A DNA stretch of 64,000 bases from Schizochytrium sp. TIO01 (taxonomy: Eukaryota > Protista > Bigyra: Labyrinthulomycetes): contig SMSO01000034.1 in the NCBI GenBank assembly GCA_004764695.1, forward strand, positions 2,232,001 to 2,296,000, written 5' to 3'. The position numbers and the translations under genes were made by a program. A model generated the notes under the pieces. It saw only the letters and a program-made list of their open reading frames with translations, was not told where the DNA came from and ran no database searches. Shown one piece after another: positions 1 to 10,495 of the stretch. How positions within the stretch are numbered: the first letter of the stretch is position 1; every line of letters begins with the position of its first letter.

Positions 1-2
1 CT

Positions 3-521
3 TGTAGGCCCAACACAAAGGCTAACCAAGGTGCCGAAAGCAGTGACAAGAATTTTGATGTGTTCTTATCCCATGCTTGGGGAGAGGATGCAAAAACTCA
101 CAAGCTTGTAAAACGTGTAAAGGACACGCTGGAAGAGAAACACTTAATTAGTTGTTGGTTCGACGAGGACCAGATTACCCATGGTGATGTAAAGCAAGCC
201 ATGGCAGATGGAATTTCGAAAAGCAAGGCCAGTATTATTTTTGTGACACGGCAATACATGGAAAAAGTGAATATGAAACCAGGCTCTCAGGACAACTGCT
301 GTCTTGAATTCAACTATATCACAAAGCGACATTCGGTTGCTATGATGATACCTGTGGTTCTTGAGTCTGAAATGAAAAACCAGAATCTATGGGACGGAGT
401 CTTTGGCATGACTTGGGGCAGCCCACTCTATGTGGATATGACGAAAGGCGGTGAAGAAATTGAAGTCAGAAGACTTGTTACTATGATTCAAAACGTTCTT
501 CAATCAGCTATTACTTGCTAG
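3..521 (+). CDS. TIR-domain protein (TIR_2-like), C-terminal part; 5' end lies outside the window
   Basis: The frame is open from nt 3 (CRPNTK...NFDVFLSHAWGED). TIR motifs FDVFLSH, CWFDEDQI, IIFVTRQY, NCCLEF (conserved Glu) and MIPVVLE are present. Confidence 0.85.
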   Translation, partial: CRPNTKANQGAESSDKNFDVFLSHAWGEDAKTHKLVKRVKDTLEEKHLISCWFDEDQITHGDVKQAMADGISKSKASIIFVTRQYMEKVNMKPGSQDNCCLEFNYITKRHSVAMMIPVVLESEMKNQNLWDGVFGMTWGSPLYVDMTKGGEEIEVRRLVTMIQNVLQSAITC

Positions 522-2044
522 CGCAACATCCAATTTGGAGGTTCAGATGAAGGTTCAGATTGTAAATATATAAACAAAACTTCCGCATTCTGCTTTTCTT
601 AAAATTTTCGGTATATAAAAAGTGACGGAGATAGGTGATGACATCACTGGACTAACTGTGCCTCTACAGAAAATAGATATTCGACGACTAGGCGCTCTCA
701 CTAGACAGAGGTAAAGAGCTTAAATCTTTTAGATCCTGAAAATGGGCAAGCCAAAACAATCACTGATGACTACGCCTTTTGCAAGCGCGTGTCGAAGACT
801 ACAAATCTTGATGACATGATCAAGGATGTTTGGTTTTCTCCAGATTTTATTTGCGAGGATCAAGAACTGGTATTCCATCCATAGCAGCTTGCAAATAAAC
901 GGATACCCTTTGCCTCAAAGATTGCTACTGCGAAACCAAAAGCTTACCACGCCTTCAGAACAAAAGCTTTACAGAGTAAGTGATATTTTTCATTCTTGGT
1001 TGAGCTGCAAAAAGTAGCATAGTACAAAATGAAATTAATTTTTTTTGTTTATTTTATTTGCTCCCAAAGTTTAAAATTTGTCTTTGTCGACTTACTCTGC
1101 GCGTGCCTTTGTAACCTTATTTCACGCTAGTCTTAGACATTGAGCTCCTGCAGAAATGGATTCGCAAAACCACAGTAGATTTTGAAAAAAATAAAATCTG
1201 TTTTTCCAATGATAAACCGTGTATATATAGACGTTTCGGACGGCGCGTGTCTTGATTGTGTAAAGTGCTGTTTTTGGCTTGCTTCTATGTAAATTGTTTG
1301 ATCGTCAACCCACACATAGACCGTCCCTCTGTAGCTAAATAAAGTGATAGACCTGTTGGCCATGGGCTAAACTCTGATCTTGCGTGTAATCAATATGCAT
1401 GAGTGAAGGGGTCCTCGGAAAGATCACTAACAGCATTATTTTATTAAAAATTTTGTTAACGAAAAAAGTAGACGCGTGCACGCGCTCCCTCATTTGGCAT
1501 AGACAGACTTGCTTCGAGTTCCCGGAAACCTTGCTTCAGGCGTTCTTTTACGCTAGAAGTTTACAACGGAGCCCTTGGTCCTGGAGAGTGTATACGCCAT
1601 TACGCCATAAACTGCATGGTCGATCGTGCTGCACACACTAGTCGTGGACACCATTGAAGCTTCAAAGTAGGGTAGAATCTACTAGTATTGCACTATACTT
1701 ATGTCTAAGCTAAAAGAGAATTGCATGTTTGGCTGTGTATGTAGCCGCCTATATAATTTTCTATTCACCTTCGAAAGACTGTATTGGTGTTCATAATCAG
1801 CCCAGATTTTACTCTAGTTCTTATTACTTGATAGATTTTAGTTTAGTTTTAAAAGTTTTTGTATCTAAATATGTATGTATTTCTTTTAATATACAAATAG
1901 TCTCTTCAAGTTCACCAAGCTCCTAAAGCAAAACCAAAACGCAAGGCATCCAACGCAGCGCTGTCTGTTTCAAGCACGGAAGTAAGGGGAGGCCGATTTC
2001 AGTCTCAACTTGAGAAGTAGCCCTCTCCAAAATAGCAAAAGACT

Positions 2045-3013
2045 ATGGGTAGCCACTACCAAGTAGCGACTCAGTTCATTGAGCATACTAATGAAGATCA
2101 GACAATTAAGAACAAATTGTTGAGTAAAGGTGTCCAGTACATCAAACAAAAGTTCATCACAGACTTGAAGGAGGTCAACGACTTAAGTAGTGTGGTAGTT
2201 GGTCTTTTTGAGTTTTTTTCAGGTCAAGAAGTCGACCTTGAAGTTTCCGTCGCTGGCCTTCTGGAACTCTTGGGGAATTCCGACATCTTAGACACTCTAA
2301 ATCTCCTGAGCTCTGCCGCCCCATTTGTGTCTGTGCTGACGTGGGCTGTCAACAAATCTTCGACTGCATGCTATACTAGTGGACAGTCTCAGAAACTGAT
2401 CGCAGCCTTAGGCCCATTATCTCAAGAGGAATATCACGATAAGTTTCTTGAAAAACTTTCTCGAGCTCTCCAAACTGTAGAGGATGAGAATAAATTGCCA
2501 CAAGCCAAAGAACAGTCAGCTCAACGCTCAACTGCTTTAGTGGAAGTGACCATGCAGGAAATCATGAAGTCTGTGGTTCAATTAGTCAAACTACAATTCC
2601 CTGGTAAGTTGGGTTTGAAGAAAAACCCTTCTTTCGCGAACAAGGTTATGCGATACATGAAGCTTTTTCTCTTTTCTGGAAGAAATGCGAGCGAGATAAA
2701 TCAGATCTCAGAAGAGTTGATAGCCTTGCTAGCATCACTACACTCACAGACTAGCATGCCACTGCTAGCAAGATTTGATTCGTTGTATGAAAAAATGATT
2801 TCAACTGCTAAAAAAGAAAAACTCCAACGTCTCGAAATGGTCCTGAAACTCCAAAAACTAGATGCTGAGAAAAAAGAATTAGAAATGCTCCTGGAAGCCC
2901 AAAAAGCAAAAGCTCTCGAAGGTGGAACATCCCACAATGGACGGCAAATATATATTGGTCCACGTGGTGGGAGGTATTATATAAATGGAAACGGAAATAG
3001 AACATACGTTTGA
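2045..3013 (+). CDS. Uncharacterised helical/coiled-coil protein with a C-terminal GPRGGxYY (PBCV basic adaptor-like) motif
   Basis: 322-aa ATG ORF with a coiled coil (KKEKLQRLEMVLKLQKLDAEKKELEMLLEAQK) and C-terminus GRQIYIGPRGGRYYINGNGNRTYV. Confidence 0.75.
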   Translation: MGSHYQVATQFIEHTNEDQTIKNKLLSKGVQYIKQKFITDLKEVNDLSSVVVGLFEFFSGQEVDLEVSVAGLLELLGNSDILDTLNLLSSAAPFVSVLTWAVNKSSTACYTSGQSQKLIAALGPLSQEEYHDKFLEKLSRALQTVEDENKLPQAKEQSAQRSTALVEVTMQEIMKSVVQLVKLQFPGKLGLKKNPSFANKVMRYMKLFLFSGRNASEINQISEELIALLASLHSQTSMPLLARFDSLYEKMISTAKKEKLQRLEMVLKLQKLDAEKKELEMLLEAQKAKALEGGTSHNGRQIYIGPRGGRYYINGNGNRTYV

Positions 3014-5270
3014 ATTAAATTAGGAAATTTAATATTTTAAAGTGCCAAAGGATGAGCTCACAGGAGCCTTTTTTGATATTGCACGTCCCTGTTTAAGTTG
3101 CTAATGTGTAATGCCTTAAACTTCGTGTTGGTCCAAGGAATGTCAATGCTCCTTTGAAGTAAACCTTGGCTTTTGATAAGTCTATCGGATGTTTGTAATC
3201 CATCATGTTTACTTGTATAGTCACGCGATTAATGAACTTGATGGCAAATTGCACACAGCAAATAATGTACTGCCGATTTTCTGTCTTTATCTCAAGCAAC
3301 GAGTTGATTGAACGTCAAATGTTTAGTTACCAATCAACTTCAATCTACAATATACTAGCAATATCAAATGATATTTCCTCGTTGCAAGTATATCTACGAA
3401 CTCATGTTAAAGTGTCTAGATATCAATGACCCAGCGAAAGTCCGAGGGACCTAGCATGTTCGTTGCTCGACCTTCAAAGTTCGAAACAAAGGTGCTTAAT
3501 CAGAATAAGTATCACCAAGTAAAACCACGCAGAGAGACTCTCTCATGTTTTTTTATCAATGCAAGTGACTGCAGGTGCCAGAGACGCCTTTCGTTTCCGA
3601 TATACGCTCTCACTCGTCAAAGGCTGCTCCTGTCAATCCTTGTCAATCCTTTGACTCAGTCTTGGCACCCGAGACTCCAATCGAAGCATGGCACTGAATC
3701 TAGTTTACAATTTTTCTTTTTTTAATTATCTGTGCAATCCCCCCCCCAAAAATAAAAATTGCTCAACTCCTTTTTTTCCTTTCTGTGTCTTTCAAAGGGA
3801 GCAAAAGTTGCAAGTGTCTGAATCTATGAGCAGATCTGTTTCTATGATCATCATATGCTTCAGAGGTCAGTACACCCTTGATTCCCAGGCCCTCCATGCT
3901 GTTCACGTCCACGTCGTTGTCGGTCCCCAGCTCCGAGTCCGTGATGCAGTTCGTCTCTTTGCATTTGCGCTTGACTCGCTTCTTAGAGTGTGACCCATAG
4001 GCTCGCTAGGTTCCCCACTCTGTCATCCAACAAGCCCAAGTTTATGAGCGCATCGTGTTCCTGTCAAGTCATTCGGACCAGCAATTTGCTTAGTCGGTCA
4101 GCGGCTTGAGTGCTTGAGTGTTTGAGCGTTTAACTGTTGGTCTGTTTGTTGAATTCTTCGATTGTTTGCCCCAACCTTTGGGCAGGGAGAATGACCTCCA
4201 TCAGCCCGTAGCACCTACCTACGCACTCCTAAGGTCCCGAATACGTGCAGTTGCAAGTCCAAGATGGAGCCCCGTCGCGCGTGCACAGAGAAAAGGCCGA
4301 CGAGGACTTTGAAGCAAGCCCCACAAACTCTGATCGGCGACGCCGTGGAGTTGTGGAGCCGCGGGAGCAGGCGGTCTCAGCTGCACGAAGCGATACAGCG
4401 GACTCCAGGCTCGCCAGGCAGCTCCCGTGGCCTCGCGCGACTTGCCTGCCTGAGAACTTGGGAGCTGATTCACCTAGTAGCCGGTCATTCAGAGCACTGC
4501 TACGATTCTGAAAAGAGCGACACTGATCATGGCGATGGCACATGCACGATTAACTGACTTGTGGCGGGATTGTGAAATGCTTGCTGCACTGCGATCAAAC
4601 CCGGCGACGGTTTGTTGATGACGACGAGCTCGAAAGCAGCTCGAGCGCCTCCTGCACAAGGTTTCTGCTTGCTTGTGTGAAAAAGCGAGCACCGTCGAGT
4701 TTCGCGAGTTTCACGGAGTTCCGGTCATTCTTGCAGCTCAACTCAACTCAGTTCAACTTGTCGTTGTGGGAATGTCTAAGTGAGCAGCGACTTGAGGCAA
4801 GCAACGCACCTGGTCTGGGCAAGGGAGTGGAGGCAGGCTTTTGAGCCATCGCGCGCCATCATGAAAGGCGACGGCTCGTGACTTTGATTGTTGGCAAGAT
4901 CATTGGTAACTGACTACATCAGGAATCACATTCGAAGCTCTCGTCACGATAGCAGTGGGTAGTTTTTGCTAATAGCTGCTAGTAGCTAATATTGATTTCA
5001 CAATACTAACGAAAGCCTTTACTTGGAATAAATAATAATGTCCAATTCGAGAGAGACACTTGACGCTTGAAACGCCGCGGCAAACCTCGATCAGAGCTCA
5101 GAGCTCGGGAGAAGCTTTGAGCAGAGGCGTACTCCAGCCGGCGAAGGAAGACTGCGGTCGCAGGTGGAAGCACGGGCGTGGCGGCTGCCGCAGAAGCCGC
5201 TGGGTTTGTGGTAGCAAGACCTCAGAACTTCCGGTGGGGTCAGGAAACTGAGTGTTTTCGACCACGGTCA

Positions 5271-5322
5271 CATCAGCTGAAAGCATCAGCTGAAAGCATC
5301 AGCTGAAAGCATCAGCTGAAGG
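5271..5322. repeat. 4 x 13-bp tandem repeat CATCAGCTGAAAG with palindromic core TCAGCTGA
   Basis: Units start at 5271, 5284, 5297 and 5310 (last unit ends AGG), about 100 bp upstream of the sulfatase ATG. Confidence 0.95.
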
Positions 5323-5419
5323 CACGGATATTGTACCGACGAGAGCGCGGAAGGGACAACCCGGATAAACAGGCGCCAAGCTAATTGCGCGCTTTGAAAA
5401 CACCTCAGAACTTGTTGAG

Positions 5420-7246
5420 ATGATGTCAAGAATGATGCTGGCGTGTCGCAAGATGCTCTGTCTGGCCGTGATACTGAGTGTATGGACCGGCACGAATCCC
5501 GTTGAAGCAGCAACAAGTGAGCAAAAGAACGTCTTGCTCATTTTGACAGACGATTTTAGAGCAGAGGCCGGCGTGTACGGCTCTTCGGACGTCAACACGC
5601 CTAACATGGACAGTTTTGCGGCTGAAAGCCTGCAGTTTAATCAGGCTTATACCCAGATCCCCAAGTGTGGACCAGAGCGTGCGTCTCTACTGACTAGCCG
5701 CAATCCAACTACAACAAACTATTATTACCACTCCAGCGGAAGAGCAGAGATCAAGACAGTAAAGACTGGCTTAAGCTTGCCCAAGTACTTTGAATCTCAA
5801 GATTATCTCACGATCGGGTCAAGCAAAATTTTTCATTTTGAGATTACAAACAATCGTTACTTTCAGCGCTTCCGCTGGCAACCTGTGCACATCAATGAAA
5901 CTTGCCTGAATTCCCCTGCTTTGTTTTGCGAGGCAGACGGGGAAAGCCAATGCCCTGATCGCCTCTCCATAGACTATGGTAAAAACCAGCTAGAGTGGAT
6001 CAAAGATAACCTCAATGGAGACCCCTTTTTCATGGCAATCGGTATCCGCCGCCCGCACATTCGGTACGAAGTCCCCTCATCAATTTGCACTCGCGAGACG
6101 GTAGACACTGCAGTGTCTAGTGTGCCAGTGCCAAACACCTTACCCCTTGACATTCCAGAGATTGCTCAACGAAAAGTTTGTACACCTATTTCTGAGTCTT
6201 CCGAGGTGACAGAAGCAGGGTCTAAATATGGAACCTCTAATTCCTCAGCTCCGTACGGCATAAACCTAGAAATGGAACCAGAGGTAACAAACATTATCCG
6301 AAATCGCTACTTTTGTGCAGTGAACTATATAGATGGACTCATTGGCGAGCTTCTTGACAAGCTTAAGGAACTGGGTTTCGAAAACAACACTATTGTCGCC
6401 ATTACATCAGACCACGGATTCTCTCTTGGCGAAAGCCAGCAATGGTGTAAAATGAGTCTCTTTGAACCTGCCGCGCGGGTACCTTTGTGGATCAAGGATC
6501 CTAGTTATTCATCCCTGTATGGTACTACCCATAATCAGCCTGTCGAGCTAGTTGACCTTATGCCTACTCTTGCAGACCTCGCAGGCGTTCCCATGTCTTC
6601 TGAAAAGCTTAATTCAGCAGGCATGGATGGGCGATCATTCGCATACATCTTGCGGGGAGAGAGTCAACCTGATGAGGATGGTTTAGAGGTATTATCAGGA
6701 GCCCCCTCTAAAGGCGGGTTTTCATTTTCTTATCCTCTTGGTGCTGCAGCATTTACCATTTCTCAGCGTTGTGAAGAAGCTGGGTGCGAGAGTGTGAAGA
6801 ATACCAAATTTGAAGCTATGGGATACTCTGTTCGCACAGAGAACTACAGATACACAGAGTGGCGCGAGTGGAAACGCAAGGGACTTTCGGGTGATTTTTC
6901 GAAAGGGGGTCTGATTGGAGCGGAGCTTTATGACTACTCTGATGCAGGAGAGGCTACCAATTTGTATGCTACAAACTCTTCCCATGAGCAAGCGCTCCTA
7001 CTTTCTGGCTACCTTCGTGCGCACTTTCGTGACTGCGGGAAGACTGATACTGGCAAGTTGATCAAAAAGAGATCACTTTGTAAGAGCCAAGGTACGCATT
7101 GTGTATATTATAAGAAGAGATGTCATTTCAAGGGTGACTGTGGTTCTATTGGCAAAGCATCCTCAAAAACATGTGAATCCTATGCGCATTGTCAGTGGAA
7201 GAATAGCTCATGTGTTGTAAAGGCCTCAGAACTACTCTTTGCGTAG
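5420..7246 (+). CDS. Secreted formylglycine-dependent sulfatase (iduronate-2-sulfatase-like) with a Cys-rich tail
   Basis: Signal-peptide-like N-terminus, NVLLILTDD, CGPERASLLTSR (CxPxR), KIFH, RRPH, TSDHG, RVPLWI, VELVDLMPTL, GYSVRTENYRYTEW. Confidence 0.92.
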   Translation: MMSRMMLACRKMLCLAVILSVWTGTNPVEAATSEQKNVLLILTDDFRAEAGVYGSSDVNTPNMDSFAAESLQFNQAYTQIPKCGPERASLLTSRNPTTTNYYYHSSGRAEIKTVKTGLSLPKYFESQDYLTIGSSKIFHFEITNNRYFQRFRWQPVHINETCLNSPALFCEADGESQCPDRLSIDYGKNQLEWIKDNLNGDPFFMAIGIRRPHIRYEVPSSICTRETVDTAVSSVPVPNTLPLDIPEIAQRKVCTPISESSEVTEAGSKYGTSNSSAPYGINLEMEPEVTNIIRNRYFCAVNYIDGLIGELLDKLKELGFENNTIVAITSDHGFSLGESQQWCKMSLFEPAARVPLWIKDPSYSSLYGTTHNQPVELVDLMPTLADLAGVPMSSEKLNSAGMDGRSFAYILRGESQPDEDGLEVLSGAPSKGGFSFSYPLGAAAFTISQRCEEAGCESVKNTKFEAMGYSVRTENYRYTEWREWKRKGLSGDFSKGGLIGAELYDYSDAGEATNLYATNSSHEQALLLSGYLRAHFRDCGKTDTGKLIKKRSLCKSQGTHCVYYKKRCHFKGDCGSIGKASSKTCESYAHCQWKNSSCVVKASELLFA

Positions 7247-8244
7247 TCATATACACGATGATCGTTTCTTAAGTTTATATCACCTCTGAATTTGAAACGT
7301 TAGCTGTGGAAACATAAGTGAATCTATATTTCATTTCCTTATGGGCGTTTTACTAGCTAAGTTGATAAATGATTTTTTTTATCTTGAATCGAAGTGACTT
7401 TTTAAATCTACATCTGCTTTCAACAACTGTTAGGTAGAGTATTTGGAGTCACGCCCACTTTACTTTCGTCCTCTCACTCAAGGTGCACTGTTTCTGTGGT
7501 AGTCGAAGTATATTGAGACTCGAAATTTCCGCTCAATACACATCAAATAGTCGGAGATTCTATCACAAAAACTAGATTGCATGTAGTAGCATGCATGACG
7601 TGTGTAATCATATCCCACCCCAAAATAACTACAGCCCGCACTCGAACCAGCAGGCTGCTTCGGTTTTAGGCATAAACTTCCGCTTGAGTGTAAATCCACT
7701 GCACCCGTTTTTCTTCCTTATGGCTTTGTGTTCTATTCCCGAATCTCATGGAGGAGAAATGAGTCATGTAAAACCAAAGATAGCATCACTGAGAACTGTC
7801 CATTTCACCTCTTGCTCGTCTTTTCTCATATTGTCGCAGGTTCCCCATAGACCACAATCGAAGTAGGCTGCAGATTTCTCTCTAGTTTTGCGTTTGGGGT
7901 TCAAGGTTCTCTTGCTTTTCCAGCCTGCCAACCAATCTTCGAACATCTGGCACATGTACAGTGCATAGGCTAGCTACCAAAAAGATTAATACCTATTGGT
8001 TCCTAGGCCTAAATTAAAATACACGGTGTCTTAAAACCCACACTCCAGCGTCTTAAAATACATACCAAGAGAGACGGACGCTACAGTTCTCAAACTGGAG
8101 CCTAGTCGGGAGCGCATTGCGAGCAGACCTTGCTCTTGAGGCCCAGCCTCTCGAGGCCCGGATCCTTGCTGATAGCCTTCTGCGAAAGTCCTCTCCTGGG
8201 CTTGAGACTCTACCTGCCTCGTTAGGGACGAAAGACAAGAAACC

Positions 8245-9807
8245 ATGGCCACCATGGCGACCAAGCTGCTCAAGCAGAGGTTCTCCACCTCAACGCAAGG
8301 CCTTTCCGAGAGTCTTCTCGCTAAACGCGATGCCATGGCAGAGCTTACAGGCGAGCTGGGGCAAATGCTGGCTGTTTTCGACCAATGGGAAAAAGTGATT
8401 GAAGTGCTTCATGACACAAACATGCGGTTTCACCATACACTGAAGGATTCGGACTTTGCGTTCGCGGGAAAAACAGAGGGTTTACATGGCGCTGGCGTGA
8501 ATGATGGTGATGTAGCGGAACAACTGCGACTCGCTAGTGCGTCAATTAAGCACAAGATGGCGATAATGTCCACGATTGACAAGTATCTTGCGGAATTACA
8601 GACGCTGTTTGCGTCCAAACAACGCGCAGAGAAAAAGTATCAGGAGGCTGTCAAAAAAGACTCTTATGCCGACAAACAGCGCAAGCTCAAAGATCAGTAC
8701 GAAGAGGCCGAGTGGAGATACCTTGAGGCTCTTGCAGAAACAGAAGGGTTTCTCGAATTTATAATTGAACAAACCCAAGGTGGAGGCGCTATTGGTCTTG
8801 CGAGGGCAGAGCTTAGCACGCTAAAGCTAGCACAAATACAACTTTTTGGCAACTGCCTTAATTACTGTCAAAAAACGTTCGAGGCTCAACCAGAGGCCTG
8901 GAAAGTAGGGATGCGTGACCAAGAGTGGCAGCTCTGGAAACAAGAGCGAGACATCAGCATTGCAGCCTTCAAATCAGAGTTTCTTGATCGTGCCTTGAAT
9001 GATGCATCCATGGGGTCGATGTCCTCCATGGTAGCTCGATTTGGCAATCGTCCTCGCAAATCTTCTGACTTTTCTATCTCAATGCCGTCTTTGCCTGCCT
9101 CGTTATCTAGACATTCATCTATCTCGTCACAACCAGGCTATGACGAGGCATCACCCCCTCGTACCCTGCAAAAATTCCCTTCCTCGCCCCTTAGTTCGCC
9201 AGGTTCAAGCTTACCGGGCTCTCCTCGGAGCCAAAGTTTTGTAGCAGACACATGTTTCAGCTCAAACACCGATACAGCCCCACCTCCCCCGCCACCCCCA
9301 CCTCTCTTGGCTGCGCCTAAGATTCGCTCTCAATCAGACGCCACACAGCCACTCCTCCGTCCAGCCTCCTTTACAGAAGGAGCCGCCACTCCGATTCGAA
9401 GAGGTTCTTCTCCACCAATTTCGTTATCTATGGGAGTGGCATCAAGCCAAGCGCCACCCCCACCTCCCCCTCCGCCCCCTCCCCCTCCCAGAACTGATCT
9501 TGCCAGTGAAAAGTCTTTAGAATCGCATTCTCTGAGTCTCGAGTCACTTGCCATTACATCTACTGGTACGGAGGAAGCTAGTAGTAACCAAAACCAGGAC
9601 GGGGGGCATGATACTGCGGAACAAGTCAATGAAGAGATTAAATGCGATTCTTCCATCCTCGCTCGCGTAAATTCAGGATTTCATGTTGGAGATATCGGTC
9701 AATGGAAAGAATATATCGACCGTGAATCTGGGTCCTCATTTTGGGTGAATGGGTCATTTACTGAAGTACGCGAAGAGCAGCCAGATGAAGCAGCCAGCGC
9801 GACCTAG
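8245..9807 (+). CDS. Coiled-coil (BAR-like) protein with polyproline tracts and a C-terminal WW-like domain
   Basis: 520-aa ORF: helical N-terminal ~250 aa, Ser/Pro-rich middle with two poly-Pro runs, and C-terminal GQWKEYIDRESGSSFWVN..P. Confidence 0.7.
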   Translation: MATMATKLLKQRFSTSTQGLSESLLAKRDAMAELTGELGQMLAVFDQWEKVIEVLHDTNMRFHHTLKDSDFAFAGKTEGLHGAGVNDGDVAEQLRLASASIKHKMAIMSTIDKYLAELQTLFASKQRAEKKYQEAVKKDSYADKQRKLKDQYEEAEWRYLEALAETEGFLEFIIEQTQGGGAIGLARAELSTLKLAQIQLFGNCLNYCQKTFEAQPEAWKVGMRDQEWQLWKQERDISIAAFKSEFLDRALNDASMGSMSSMVARFGNRPRKSSDFSISMPSLPASLSRHSSISSQPGYDEASPPRTLQKFPSSPLSSPGSSLPGSPRSQSFVADTCFSSNTDTAPPPPPPPPLLAAPKIRSQSDATQPLLRPASFTEGAATPIRRGSSPPISLSMGVASSQAPPPPPPPPPPPPRTDLASEKSLESHSLSLESLAITSTGTEEASSNQNQDGGHDTAEQVNEEIKCDSSILARVNSGFHVGDIGQWKEYIDRESGSSFWVNGSFTEVREEQPDEAASAT

Positions 9808-10495
9808 CTGCCGCTGACGTTCGTATTTCCTGCCTCATATGCACCTTCAAAATTAATAAAATATAAAAGAAGTTTTTCTAATATTAGTTTCTGACCAAAT
9901 TTATTTTGGTCTAATAAACACAAGATTGAAATAGAGCTGTCAGAGGCAATTGTTTTATGCCCACCGTTAACGAGACTTAAGAACTTTATCAGTCCTTTTT
10001 ATACGGCAACCGCACTTTGCTATGTGAATAAATGCAGGGCGTTTATGTAGCCTAAATTATAGTATATACTCGTAGACGCTAGTTTTCGCCAAGCAAGCAT
10101 GTATAACATGGTATTAACGGCTCGTGTAGACGTGTGAATCATCCCATGTACGGAAGATCAAGACCAAAATCAAGGTCAAAGCCTACAAAGTAAAGACCAA
10201 AGGAAAGGAAGACAAACAAATTTAAGACCAAACAGATAATAACCTCTGTTGTCGATGCCATCAAAGAGGCGTAATTGAGACCCTTGTTGCTGAACGTCAT
10301 CCTGAGAAACATTCAACATTCTCGTCCCCAAAACCTGATGGTAAGGAGATATTGATTTGCTTTTCCAAGAAGGTAAAAGAAAGAATTAAAAGAAATATAT
10401 AGACCTAATATTCTCAATTCTCTCTAATCAGTCAGATCAAAGGCATCCTCTTTGATATTTGTGGTCACAGTCGCAGAACTCGATCTGGCAAAAAT

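Noticed and set aside
630-985. Protein-like broken frame downstream of the TIR gene (LLDPENGQAKTITDDYAFCKR...)
   Set aside because: Contains a stop and a frameshift with no recognisable domain; a pseudogene call cannot be supported without a search.
3850-5260. GC-rich patch with many overlapping short ORFs
   Set aside because: No ORF above ~105 aa and no motif; expected from the base composition.
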